A stretch of DNA of 64,000 bases from Candidatus Latescibacterota bacterium (GTDB lineage Bacteria; Latescibacterota; UBA2968). The position numbers and the translations under genes were made by a program. A model generated the notes under the pieces. It saw nothing but the letters and a program-made list of their open reading frames with translations. It made no database searches and was not told the DNA's origin. The stretch covers positions 416,001 through 480,000 of the forward strand of contig OZ244960.1 of the NCBI GenBank assembly GCA_965222605.1. Direction: 5' to 3'. Shown piece by piece: positions 9,307 through 19,518 of this stretch (the stretch's first letter is position 1; every line of letters begins with the position of its first letter).

Positions 9307-11082
9307 ATGCCAGAGTCGCTCGGCGACTGGAAACGCACGCACAACTGCGGCGAATTGCGCATCGAAAATGTAGGCGAAGAAGTCTGCCTGATGGGGTGGG
9401 TAGGCAAAAGGCGCGACCATGGAGGCGTCATATTTGTCGATTTGCGCGACCGCTACGGCATCACCCAGGTAGTCTTTCGTCCCGACCTCGAATCAGAGAC
9501 ACACGCCATTGCCGAAAAAATACGCAACGAATTTGTCCTGGCAATAAAAGGCAGAGTTGAACCGCGCCCAGAAGGCATGGCAAACCCCAAATTGCCTACC
9601 GGCGCCATTGACATCGAATGTTCAGACTTGCGCCTTCTCAACGAAGCGGACACACCGCCATTTGCCATAGAACCCGAAATCGATGCCAACGAAGAACTGC
9701 GCCTGCGCTATCGCTACCTCGACCTGCGCCGCCCCGATATGCAACAAGCCGTGTTCCTGAGACATAACGCCGCGCAAGAAACGCGCAAATATCTGATCAG
9801 CCAGGGCTTTCTCGAAATCGAGACCCCTTTCCTCATGAAAAGCACGCCCGAAGGTGCAAGAGATTATCTGGTTCCTTCTCGCGTTCAAAAAGGCAACTTC
9901 TATGCCCTGCCCCAATCGCCTCAAACCTACAAACAGTTGCTCATGATCGCCGGCTATGATCGCTACTTTCAAATTGTGCGCTGCTTCCGCGATGAAGACC
10001 TGCGGGGCGACCGCCAGCCCGAGTTTACCCAAATTGATATTGAAATGGCATTTGTCACAGAAGCCGATGTCATGCAGCTCGCAGAAGGGCTTACGCGGCA
10101 TCTGTTTGCGCACGTCATAGGCTTTGATATCCCCTCTCCCATACCACACATGACCTATCGCGAAGCGATTGATCGCTTTGGAACCGATCGTCCGGACACG
10201 CGCTTTGACCTCGAAATAGTCGATATTTCAAAAGCTGCCCTCGCCTCAGAATTCCGGGTCTTCAGGTCCGTAATCGATTCCGGTGGGCAGGTTCGAGCCA
10301 TTAACGCCAGGGGATGTGCAAACTACTCGCGCAAACAAATCGATGACCTCACAGCTTTTGTTGCAAAACACGGTGCTAAGGGGCTCGCCTGGATCAAAGT
10401 GACCGAACAGGGGCTCGAATCATCAATCGTCAAGTTCTTCCCAGATCAGGCCCAACAAATGCTCAGAGAATCACTTGACGCGCAGATAGGGGACCTGCTT
10501 TTATTTGTTGCTGATCAACCCGCAGTTGTCGCAAACGCACTGGGTAATCTGCGCTTAGAACTCGCGCGGCAACAAGACCTTATGGAGACAGGTGACTTTA
10601 GTTTCTTATGGGTGACGCAGTTTCCCCTTCTCGAATTTGATGACGTTGAAAAACGCTACGTAGCCTGCCACCATCCCTTCACATCCCCCCTGGAAGCAGA
10701 CCTCAATGAACTTGAGACAGCCCCAGGTGATGTTCGCGCCAGAGCTTATGATCTCGTTCTCAATGGCAACGAAATCGCTGGCGGAAGCATACGTATCCAC
10801 CACAGGGAAACCCAGGAACTCGTATTTCGCATGTTGGGGATATCCGAAAGCGAATCACGAGAAAAATTCGGCTTCTTACTCGACGCCTTTCGCTACGGTG
10901 CGCCCCCTCATGGCGGCATCGCGTTTGGATACGACCGCCTGGTCGCCCTCATGGCGGGCAAAGCGTTTATCCGAGACGTCATTCCATTCCCGAAAACCAA
11001 TACAGCGGCATCTCTCATGGATGGGGCGCCATCTGCAGTAGATCTCGCCCAACTCCGCGAACTCGGTTTGCGATTATTGTAA
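9307..11082 (+). CDS. aspS: Aspartyl-tRNA synthetase
   Basis: RTHNCGELR, STPEGARDYLVP, YALPQSPQ, GAPPHGGIAFG. Confidence 0.98.
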   Translation: MPESLGDWKRTHNCGELRIENVGEEVCLMGWVGKRRDHGGVIFVDLRDRYGITQVVFRPDLESETHAIAEKIRNEFVLAIKGRVEPRPEGMANPKLPTGAIDIECSDLRLLNEADTPPFAIEPEIDANEELRLRYRYLDLRRPDMQQAVFLRHNAAQETRKYLISQGFLEIETPFLMKSTPEGARDYLVPSRVQKGNFYALPQSPQTYKQLLMIAGYDRYFQIVRCFRDEDLRGDRQPEFTQIDIEMAFVTEADVMQLAEGLTRHLFAHVIGFDIPSPIPHMTYREAIDRFGTDRPDTRFDLEIVDISKAALASEFRVFRSVIDSGGQVRAINARGCANYSRKQIDDLTAFVAKHGAKGLAWIKVTEQGLESSIVKFFPDQAQQMLRESLDAQIGDLLLFVADQPAVVANALGNLRLELARQQDLMETGDFSFLWVTQFPLLEFDDVEKRYVACHHPFTSPLEADLNELETAPGDVRARAYDLVLNGNEIAGGSIRIHHRETQELVFRMLGISESESREKFGFLLDAFRYGAPPHGGIAFGYDRLVALMAGKAFIRDVIPFPKTNTAASLMDGAPSAVDLAQLRELGLRLL

Positions 11083-11239
11083 TCACAGAGAACTATAACG
11101 CATTCAAAACTTTTTCTTGACTTTCTGTATTTTATGTAGTATTTTGTCTAAAAGTTGTGTTATCAGTTTTTTCAATTTTCTCCTAAATTCTTGATAATTT
11201 AAATACTTACGCCAATATCCCTGAGGAGGCAATTGGGTT

Positions 11240-11485
11240 ATGAAAAGACTCAAAAAAGCGGCAGGTTGTGGTCTGTTACTCGTTCTGTTATCTGGATGTT
11301 GCACGCCAATGGCCTCAAGATCGCAACTCCAAATGCTCGAAGAAGCGCGTAAAGCCGCAGAATCGGCTGAAGCCGACCTTGAAGCCTGTAAGCAACACCG
11401 GGCCGAGTTGGAACGCCAATTGGCACAGAAGAAACAAGTTATGGCCGAGTGGCAAAATATCTTAAGTCAGTGCAACAGGTCTTGA
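11240..11485 (+). CDS. Small coiled-coil lipoprotein
   Basis: GAGGAGG RBS; signal peptide ending in lipobox LSGC. Confidence 0.7.
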   Translation: MKRLKKAAGCGLLLVLLSGCCTPMASRSQLQMLEEARKAAESAEADLEACKQHRAELERQLAQKKQVMAEWQNILSQCNRS

Positions 11486-11525
11486 GCCAGTAATTTTCTA
11501 TGGTGTGTGGAAAGGAGTTGTTCGG

Positions 11526-12362
11526 ATGACAGGTTTGAAGCTTTTCAAGGTTATTTGTTGTGCAGTTGCCCTTTTTGTTTTCCCTCAAAGGGGAATTGCC
11601 CAGATGGCAGTGACCTATGATGAATACAAGATGAAACTTACAGAACAAGAGCAACGGCTTGCAGAACTCAAAAAGTCTCTGCTTGAATGCCAAACTGCAT
11701 CTAATGACCTTTCTAACCAGATTTCCAGTCTAGATACCCAGATTAGTGAAATCAAACAGCAAGTTTATGGGCTTGTTGAGTCCGATGAAGCAGGGGTCAA
11801 CGAATATATGCAAGAACTCGGCCGCGTTGAAAGTCGCCTCATGGGCTTGCGTGACCTACCAGAAGAAGCCCTTTTTGAAGTTCGAGATGAAATTGACCAA
11901 ATAGAAGTCCGCATCCCAGAGCTTAAAGCGGATAAAAGATCCTGTTTCCCAGCTGCACAGGCAAAATTGGCCAGTATTGATCAATTATTTGAGCAGGTCA
12001 AATCGCGAATGCCTCGCAAGCGCCTGCGGCAATATTCGGTTGTCAGAGGCGATAATCTCTGGAGAATCGCTAAAAAAGACGATATTTACGGAGATCCTTA
12101 TCTCTGGCCTCGTATCTATGTTGAAAACCGGGATAAAATTAAACATCCCGATATAATTTATCCCAAGTGGGTTCTCAACATTCCTTTTGGCGTCGATCTT
12201 AATCAACACCTCGTGATGAGTGGCGAGAACCTCTCGTCCATTGCCGACAAGGTGTACAATGATGTCACCAAATGGAATCGAATCTACCAGGCCAATAAAA
12301 CACAGATCTTTGACCCGAGCATGATTTTCCCAGCTCAAGTATTCGACATTCCAGCAAACTGA
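11526..12362 (+). CDS. Secreted coiled-coil protein with two LysM domains
   Basis: YSVVRGDNLWRIA...IIYP and VMSGENLSSIA...IYQAN LysM motifs. Confidence 0.9.
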   Translation: MTGLKLFKVICCAVALFVFPQRGIAQMAVTYDEYKMKLTEQEQRLAELKKSLLECQTASNDLSNQISSLDTQISEIKQQVYGLVESDEAGVNEYMQELGRVESRLMGLRDLPEEALFEVRDEIDQIEVRIPELKADKRSCFPAAQAKLASIDQLFEQVKSRMPRKRLRQYSVVRGDNLWRIAKKDDIYGDPYLWPRIYVENRDKIKHPDIIYPKWVLNIPFGVDLNQHLVMSGENLSSIADKVYNDVTKWNRIYQANKTQIFDPSMIFPAQVFDIPAN

Positions 12363-12439
12363 CCTCAACCTTTTCGATCCCAGAATTTGGATCTTTCAGA
12401 AATCCAATGGAAGGTTCATCCATCAACCTCTAAAATTGA

Positions 12440-12484
12440 ACTCTCATTCCCGTAGTCTGTTTGGGAATGAGAGTTTTCTTTTTC
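12440..12484 (+). terminator. Rho-independent terminator
   Basis: AACTCTCATTCCC...GGGAATGAGAGTT followed by a T-run. Confidence 0.6.
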
Positions 12485-12497
12485 TTATACTCAAAGC

Positions 12498-13481
12498 GTG
12501 GAAAATAGAGAACTCTCCCATAGACTATCTTTGCGCGGTGTTGACCTTCTATCTTTATACGGTCACAACGATGCAAATTTGCTCGCCCTTGAAGACCGCT
12601 ATGGCGTGCGTTTAACCGCCCGAGGGGATCAGCTAAATGTTCAGGGACCACAACACAAAGTTCAACACGTCTCTGGCCTATTAGAAGAAATGATTTCATG
12701 CCTTCGGCGCGGCGATCAGTTTGACCCTCTACACTTGCTTGCGCCACCGCCAGAAAATTCCGAATCTGAAATTGGCGAATACGCAAAGCCTATTCTTTCA
12801 ACGCCCAAAATTCTCATTCGCCCCCGCTCACAGACCCAGGTTGCTTACTCGACAGCTATAGAAAACTACGATATTGTTTTCGGCATTGGACCGGCGGGTA
12901 CGGGCAAAACTTATCTGGCAGTCGCAGCGGCTGTTTCTACACTAAAAAGCAAACACATCTCCAGAATTATTCTGACGCGCCCGGCTGTAGAAGCTGGCGA
13001 AACCCTGGGATTTCTACCGGGAGATATACAGGATAAAGTCGATCCCTATTTGCGTCCTCTCTACGACGCACTGCGCGACATGCTACCCGATACACAATTG
13101 CAACACCTTATGGAAATGCACACACTTGAAATTGCACCGCTTGCATTTATGAGAGGACGCACCCTGAATAACGCTTTTGTCATTCTCGACGAGGCCCAGA
13201 ATACCACCGTCAACCAGATGAAGATGTTTCTTACCCGTCTGGGCAACAATGCCAAGGCCGTGATTACGGGTGATATAACACAAATAGACCTGCCGCCGGG
13301 TATTCAGTCTGGACTTATACACGTCCAACATATCCTGTCTCATATAGAAGCCATCAAATTCGTCAGCTTTTCAGAAAAAGATGTTGTACGACACCCACTG
13401 GTTCAAAAAATTATAACTGCTTATGAGCAAAGCGAACATTCCCATGAACCAGATGGAGAAGAGGCAGTGTTAAAGCCATGA
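12498..13481 (+). CDS. phoH: PhoH family ATPase
   Basis: GPAGTGKT, RPAVEAGE, APLAFMRGRT, DEAQN. Confidence 0.95.
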   Translation: MENRELSHRLSLRGVDLLSLYGHNDANLLALEDRYGVRLTARGDQLNVQGPQHKVQHVSGLLEEMISCLRRGDQFDPLHLLAPPPENSESEIGEYAKPILSTPKILIRPRSQTQVAYSTAIENYDIVFGIGPAGTGKTYLAVAAAVSTLKSKHISRIILTRPAVEAGETLGFLPGDIQDKVDPYLRPLYDALRDMLPDTQLQHLMEMHTLEIAPLAFMRGRTLNNAFVILDEAQNTTVNQMKMFLTRLGNNAKAVITGDITQIDLPPGIQSGLIHVQHILSHIEAIKFVSFSEKDVVRHPLVQKIITAYEQSEHSHEPDGEEAVLKP

Positions 13482-15733
13482 TGTTCTTTAGAAAACGTCA
13501 ACGCGATCGCACGCGTCAGACGAGACAACAGTGGAAACAGCGGGGAAAGCAAGCCTTTCGCATTGCGTTGATGCTCGCTCTCTTAGGCGTACTAACCGTC
13601 TTATTTCCCACACAACAGCGGTACGAGTACAGTGCGTTCCGAGAAGGCGCGATTGCGCCGGATGAAGTCATTGCATCCGAATCTTTCACCGTGTATAAAA
13701 GTGAGGAAGAATACCAGGAGGAAGTCGCAGAAGCTCGCCTCCAGATTTTGCCGATTTTGCGCTATGATAGCACGGTGGAGAAAAGTAAACTGGATGCATT
13801 CAAAATATTTCTCAACGACATAAAAAAGCACACAGGCTCCCGGCTAAATGAATCGCTTTTACAGACGCTGCGTCTTTCACACCCGGAAATTGGCCTCCTG
13901 TCGGAATCCACTCTGAGATATCTCATTCCCATATCCCGGAGACGGTCATCCAGCCGCAGTAAATTGACCACCACAGTCGAAAATATTCTTCAAAGCACTT
14001 ATCAGAACGGGATTCTCGACCAGGAAATAAATACCGTCGAAGAGGGGTACGCAGAGGTTATACTACTTAACAATGGCTCAGAACGCCAAATTAGCCTTGA
14101 AGAACTGGTCGATATAGAAAATTTTACTTCGGGACTCCAACAAACCATAGAACAACAATTGCCAAAAGCGAGCCCTATGGAAATGAGAGCGGGTAGTGAA
14201 CTGGTCCTGGCCTATCTATCCCCCAACATTGCCTATGACGCTACCGAAACGCAGAGGCGAAGAGATGAGGCAGCCAGCAATGTCTCACGTGCCAAAGGGG
14301 GGATAGTTCTCAAGGGCGAGCGCATTATTGACAAACACGACCGCGTAACATCTGACGACATAGATAAACTCAGGTCACTGGCCGAACATATCAACCAACG
14401 CCGCCAGCAAGACCCATTCATCGACCTCATTCAACGAGGTGCTGGACTGGCACTTTGCGCGTTGACGCTAATAATATTTTTTGCGTTTCTAAAATTTTAT
14501 CGTCCCGACCTTTATCTTCCGTCCAAAAACATCGTGCTTTTTGGCATCATTATTTTAATCCCTACTGCCGTGGCTGATTACGCTGCCCAAAGCCAGGCCA
14601 TATCCCCATTTCTCATCCCCGTCGCACTATCGGCAATGCTGGCAACCGTGCTCTTTGATGCCGTCGTCGGCATGGTGATCACCCTTGCCGTTACAACGCT
14701 TTGTGCCAGCATCCTCGGCGAACTCCAATACGGGATCATTTTTCTCACCACAGGTATTATTGGTGCTTTTTCGGTACACCAGGTGCGCCATCGCAGAGAT
14801 TTTTACCGCCCTGGTCTGTATCTGATTGCCGCTTATGCCTTGACAATTACCTCCACGGTTGGACTTTTTTTTTCTTATGCCAACACCACCGAGTTTCTCA
14901 CAGAAATACGCGAGGATTTATTCTGGGGCATTGTATCTGCCTGTGGTTCCTTAATCCTCACCATTGGATTACTACCCGTATTCGAAAGTGTTTTCAATGT
15001 CGTAACATCAATGACATTGCTCGAATTGGCGGACTTAAATCGCCCGCTGTTGCGCAATTTGGCCCTTCGCGCTCCTGGCACCTTTAGTCACAGCATAAAC
15101 ATGGCCAATATCTCGGAAGAAGCCGCGGTCGCAATAGGCGCAGACCCCTTGCTCGCACGCGTTGGATGTTATTACCACGATATTGGGAAAATGAGACGCC
15201 CACACTATTTTATAGAAAATCAGCATGGTGTAAATCCTCACGATGAGTTACAACCTCAAATCAGTGCCCTGATTCTCATCTCTCATGTCAGGGACGGTAT
15301 CGAATTGGCAAAAGAAGAAGGACTTCCTTTAGCAATTATTGATCTCATTCCACAGCATCATGGGACTTCAGAAATGACTTCGTTTAAGCATCAGGCACAA
15401 CTCATAGACGAACAGGCGGTCCGCGATGCCGACTTCCACTATCCTGGCCCCAGACCCCAGACTAAAGAAGCGGGTATTATTAACCTCGCAGACGCTGTTG
15501 AGTCTGCGACGCGATCTCTGCCCAACAATGATCCGAATGAAATTAAAAAGCTCGTCCAAACAATTGTCAAAGGTCGTTATGATGCTGGAGAACTGGATGA
15601 ATGCGATCTTACATTGCGCGACCTGACCAGAATCCAGGAAGCCTTTTTACCCGTCTTGCAGGCTTCGCACCACCATCGAGTCCCCTATCCCTGGCAAGTG
15701 CAACAACAAGAACGCCAAAGCGCGAGCGGATGA
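13478..15733 (+). CDS. 7TM-HD phosphohydrolase (PgpH-like cyclic nucleotide phosphodiesterase)
   Basis: Extracellular domain, TM bundle, APGTFSHS, YYHDIGK, QHHGT; standard phoH-HD-ybeY context. Confidence 0.88.
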   Translation: MMFFRKRQRDRTRQTRQQWKQRGKQAFRIALMLALLGVLTVLFPTQQRYEYSAFREGAIAPDEVIASESFTVYKSEEEYQEEVAEARLQILPILRYDSTVEKSKLDAFKIFLNDIKKHTGSRLNESLLQTLRLSHPEIGLLSESTLRYLIPISRRRSSSRSKLTTTVENILQSTYQNGILDQEINTVEEGYAEVILLNNGSERQISLEELVDIENFTSGLQQTIEQQLPKASPMEMRAGSELVLAYLSPNIAYDATETQRRRDEAASNVSRAKGGIVLKGERIIDKHDRVTSDDIDKLRSLAEHINQRRQQDPFIDLIQRGAGLALCALTLIIFFAFLKFYRPDLYLPSKNIVLFGIIILIPTAVADYAAQSQAISPFLIPVALSAMLATVLFDAVVGMVITLAVTTLCASILGELQYGIIFLTTGIIGAFSVHQVRHRRDFYRPGLYLIAAYALTITSTVGLFFSYANTTEFLTEIREDLFWGIVSACGSLILTIGLLPVFESVFNVVTSMTLLELADLNRPLLRNLALRAPGTFSHSINMANISEEAAVAIGADPLLARVGCYYHDIGKMRRPHYFIENQHGVNPHDELQPQISALILISHVRDGIELAKEEGLPLAIIDLIPQHHGTSEMTSFKHQAQLIDEQAVRDADFHYPGPRPQTKEAGIINLADAVESATRSLPNNDPNEIKKLVQTIVKGRYDAGELDECDLTLRDLTRIQEAFLPVLQASHHHRVPYPWQVQQQERQSASG

Positions 15734-16155
15734 ATGCACTTGAAATTACGACTTTAGTCGATGTGTGCGATCTGGATATCCCTCGCTTACAAGCTGTAGT
15801 GAAACAACTTCTTTCAGACAACGATGTGCATCTTCCCGTTTCGTGCATTCTAACCCATGATGCCCATGTCCGACAACTTAATAAAAAATATCGAAACATA
15901 GACAAAACGACCGACGTTCTTTCATTTGAGCTTTCCGATGCGATCCATCCAGAGGCGCATTATTGTGGAGAGATATACATTTCAGTAGATCGCGCACGAC
16001 AGCAAGCAAAAGCGCATAACCGATCCCTACAGGCAGAAATAACCCACCTGACAGTGCATGGGACTCTGCATTTGCTGGGATTTGAACACGATACCCCCGA
16101 GGGTTACACGCAAATGCAAAACGAAGAAAAAAAATACCTGACCCTGATAGAATAG
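15730..16155 (+). CDS. ybeY: rRNA maturation endoribonuclease YbeY
   Basis: DKTTDVLSF, HGTLHLLGFEH; ATG overlaps the upstream TGA. Confidence 0.95.
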   Translation: MNALEITTLVDVCDLDIPRLQAVVKQLLSDNDVHLPVSCILTHDAHVRQLNKKYRNIDKTTDVLSFELSDAIHPEAHYCGEIYISVDRARQQAKAHNRSLQAEITHLTVHGTLHLLGFEHDTPEGYTQMQNEEKKYLTLIE

Positions 16156-16175
16156 CCCGCGCTTATGTCCTTGCG

Positions 16176-17531
16176 TTGTCCCTTACTGCAAACAATCATT
16201 CCCGCGAAAGGAGCGTGATTTTTTTGGACGATCCTTGGCCAGCAGTTTTTATAACCATCGCTTCTATTGTCCTGACAGCAGCTTTCTCCAGGCTCGGCTC
16301 AATTGGTATTTCGCGCACAACCCTCGAACGCCTGCACGAAGAGAAAATAGCACGCGCAGGACTCTACCTTTGGCTCTATCGCTCCCGCGATTTTGTGTCA
16401 CAAATGGTTTTGCTCGGTCAGACAATCGCCATATCTATAGGAGCTTTGGCACTGCTATCCATTCTTTTTCAGACGTTAAAACCGGGTTTCTGGCTGTATC
16501 CCGGCGCAGCATTGCTCATCGCACTTTATGTATTTATCGCCCTGATCATTCGCAGCATCGTCCCCCCCTACCGAAGAGAAGAGGGATCAGATCGCCCGCT
16601 GCCCTTTTTGCCGATATGTTTTTTCCCCTTTTACTTTATTCTTGTTATTCCAACACTGCTGTTGCAAAAAGCGCAAAATGTTTTCTTGAGCGAAGACGAT
16701 AGCAGAGCCCTAAAAGAAGAAGAATTGCGAAATATCGTTGAATCGGAAACAGAAGAAGGCACAATTGAAGCAGAAGAAAGAGAAATGATTGAGGGCATCT
16801 TTGAATTTGACGAAACAACGGTCAAAGAGGTGATGATCCCGCGTATAGATATGATTTCTGCTGAGATAACGGCCACGCCCAAAGAGCTTCTCAAACTGAT
16901 CCAACAATCCTGGCACTCGCGAATTCCCATCCATGAAGAACGAATCGATAACATCAAAGGCGTCGTTTATGTCAAAGATATTTTGCTCAATCTGGCGACC
17001 AATCAGCCGTGGTCTATTCCAGAGATCATGCGTGCGCCATACTTTGTGCCAGAAAATAAAACACTCGCTGAGCTAATGGCCGAATTTAAGCGCGAAAAAG
17101 TACACATGGCGATTGTCGTTGGAGAATATGGCGGAACGTCTGGGCTCATTACAATGGAAGATATTATCGAAGAAATTGTCGGTGAAATCCAAGACGAATA
17201 CGACGATGAGGAACCGCTTTTTGAATGGCGTGAAGAGGGCAAAATACTCATAGTAGATGCGCGTATTGACATCGAAGACCTCAATATCGTGCTCAACGTC
17301 GAACTGCCACAAGACGGTTACGAAACGCTCGGCGGATTTATATACAACGTGCTTGGACACGTGCCTCAGCCAAATGAAAATTTAGAACACGGAAATCTAT
17401 TTATTGAAATCCTCGCAGTCGTAGGACAGCGCATTACACGGGTAAAAATTACCAAACGCGGAGAGTCTTCACAGGACAAGCCAAAACGCGGTGAAGAGAT
17501 ACAAATGCAAAACGACAAGCCGCAGAAATAA
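16176..17531 (+). CDS. HlyC/CorC (CNNM-CBS) family transporter; true start probably slightly downstream
   Basis: TM region, VMIPR, HSRIP, EYGGTSGLITMEDIIEEIVGEI, ETLGG. Confidence 0.92.
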   Translation: MSLTANNHSRERSVIFLDDPWPAVFITIASIVLTAAFSRLGSIGISRTTLERLHEEKIARAGLYLWLYRSRDFVSQMVLLGQTIAISIGALALLSILFQTLKPGFWLYPGAALLIALYVFIALIIRSIVPPYRREEGSDRPLPFLPICFFPFYFILVIPTLLLQKAQNVFLSEDDSRALKEEELRNIVESETEEGTIEAEEREMIEGIFEFDETTVKEVMIPRIDMISAEITATPKELLKLIQQSWHSRIPIHEERIDNIKGVVYVKDILLNLATNQPWSIPEIMRAPYFVPENKTLAELMAEFKREKVHMAIVVGEYGGTSGLITMEDIIEEIVGEIQDEYDDEEPLFEWREEGKILIVDARIDIEDLNIVLNVELPQDGYETLGGFIYNVLGHVPQPNENLEHGNLFIEILAVVGQRITRVKITKRGESSQDKPKRGEEIQMQNDKPQK

Positions 17532-17586
17532 CTTGACAATAACCCCAAAATCCCGTTCTTTTTTAACACTTATTTGGACATAGGGT

Positions 17587-17641
<55 letters not shown>

Positions 17642-17663
<22 letters not shown>

Positions 17664-18055
17664 AACGTATCGTCTCGCTGAACTTTGGTTCTATCTGCTT
17701 TATTACAATCAAACAAGGCGAGTTGAATCCCATCAGGGGTATAGATCAGGTAGTTAATATGCATTTGTAGGAGATCTTTCCGTTCCTCTGGTGTGGCTTC
17801 ATTATATAATTCCTCAAAGGTCGTGAGTTTTTGCTGCAACTGAGCAACACTTACGGCCTTTTGTTTTACCTCTGCCAGAGCTACTTCATTATCCATCATC
17901 TCCTGCTCTATTTGGCTTTTTTGCTCTTCCAGTTCGGTAATTTTCTGGATGATGGTTCTAATACCAACTTTCCGTCCAGCGATACTTTCCACCAAGACAC
18001 CCAGCTTCTTATCAATATCTTTGAGGTTTCTGTGATAATTTTCCTGTGCATTCAC
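17642..18055 (-). pseudogene. C-terminal fragment of a large serine recombinase, 5' part lost at the IS5 junction
   Basis: Coiled coil followed by FEELYNEATPEERKDLLQMHINYLIY, typical of LSR C-termini; reads into the tRNA. Confidence 0.75.
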
Positions 18056-18058
18056 TAA

Positions 18059-18985
18059 GAAGCTGTTTTAAAACTATTGTGAGTGAAGAAAAGGGTTGAA
18101 AAAGCGTATTCATCTGTCCAAATTCAGGTTATGCAAATCACCCTGAAACGAAAGGACAAAGATGAATACGCAAAGAGAATATCCGACAAATGTCACCCAA
18201 GCGCAATGGCAACTGCTTCTCCCCTTGCTGCCCAAACGCAAATGGCGAAAAGGCGGCCCTGGACGCCCTCCTGCCAATTTGCGCCAAGTGTTCAATGGCA
18301 TCCTGTATCTGACGAAGACCGGCAGCCAATGGCGCATGCTACCCCATACCTTCGGCTGCTGGCAGACCGTGTATGGCTATTTCAATCGTTGGCGCGAGCA
18401 AGGCATCTTTGAGCAGGTGCAACAGGCACTCACGCGGCGAGAAAGAAAACGGCAGGGACGAGCGCCTACCGCATCAGCAGGCTGCATTGACAGCCAAAGT
18501 GTCAAGACAGCAACACAAGGAAAATCAAAAGGTTATGATGCTGGAAAAAAGGTCAATGGACGCAAACGCCATCTTCTCGTTGATACCCTCGGACTCGTCA
18601 TCAGCACCTATGTCTCGCCTGCTGATCTCCAAGACCGTGATGGCTTAAAGCAGGTGCTCAATCAGTATTTTGACACGGGAGAGACACGCTTACGCAAGCT
18701 ATGGGTCGATGGCGGCTATCGAGGTGAAGACCTCAAGAAATGGGTCGCTGCTAAGAAGCAGACGCATAAGATTGATCTTGAGGTTGTCACCCCAAAAGGC
18801 AAAGGCTTTCAACTCGTCAAACGCCGGTGGGTCGTCGAGCGCACCTTTGCCTAATTATTTAATTTTCGCCGACTATCAAAGGATTATGAAGACTTGACCG
18901 ACAGTAGTGAAGCCTTTATTCACATCGTTATGATTTACCTCTTAATCAACAGACTCGCTTAAGCGAGGGATTTTAAAACAGCTTC
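18059..18985 (+). mobile_element. IS5-family element
   Basis: 15-bp perfect IRs GAAGCTGTTTTAAAA / TTTTAAAACAGCTTC, each flanked by TAA. Confidence 0.9.
18162..18962 (+). pseudogene. IS5-family transposase with a premature stop near the C-terminus
   Basis: IDSQSVK, GRKRHLLVDTLG, RWVVERTFA*, then in-frame LFNFRRLSKDYE... Confidence 0.85.
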
Positions 18986-19446
18986 TAAGCCTTTTTCTCG
19001 ACGTGACTGGCAGCCATTCCAAAAGTGATCCAGGCCATAGGTCTTTTTGCCTGACTTGGGCACAAAGGAGGCATCTAAGACCAGAATACGCCCATGTGCT
19101 TGGTCTTGGTCTCTGCTTTCATTGATGATGGCACGGTTGAAATCCATAAATCGAAAGGGCTTGTCAAACTGACGGGTGTATGTGCGTTCGCAAAGGTGAG
19201 AATACCGTGACAGGTTGCGAAAATTGATTTTACCCCGTGCAATCAGTATGGTCGTAAATAGGGTCATGAGAAACTTTTTTTGGGGCTTGGAAATGTTGAG
19301 CCGATTGAGTATCTTTTCTGCGATTGCCATGGTGCCGTCTCACTCGTTTGGGTTGTCAGTGATCTGGAATATCTTTGACATCCAATCTGCGTGAACGGCA
19401 CTTTTTTGTCTATTCTTTTTTTACTCAAAACTGTCCGAAGTATTGA
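18986..19446 (-). pseudogene. Truncated DDE transposase (IS4/IS701-like), copy 1, with IS end
   Basis: LVLDASFVPKSGKKTYGLDHFWNG; terminal TCAATACTTCGGACAG shared with copy 2. Confidence 0.8.
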
Positions 19447-19518
19447 TATTAAGTCAATAGACAAAATACGACTCTTGACAATTTCGGCAACAGCATCCAA
19501 AGCGGGGTAACTCCAACA

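Noticed and set aside
18852-18854. TAA at a conserved Trp position as stop-codon recoding
   Set aside because: TAA ends many intact genes here; it is simply a pseudogenised IS.
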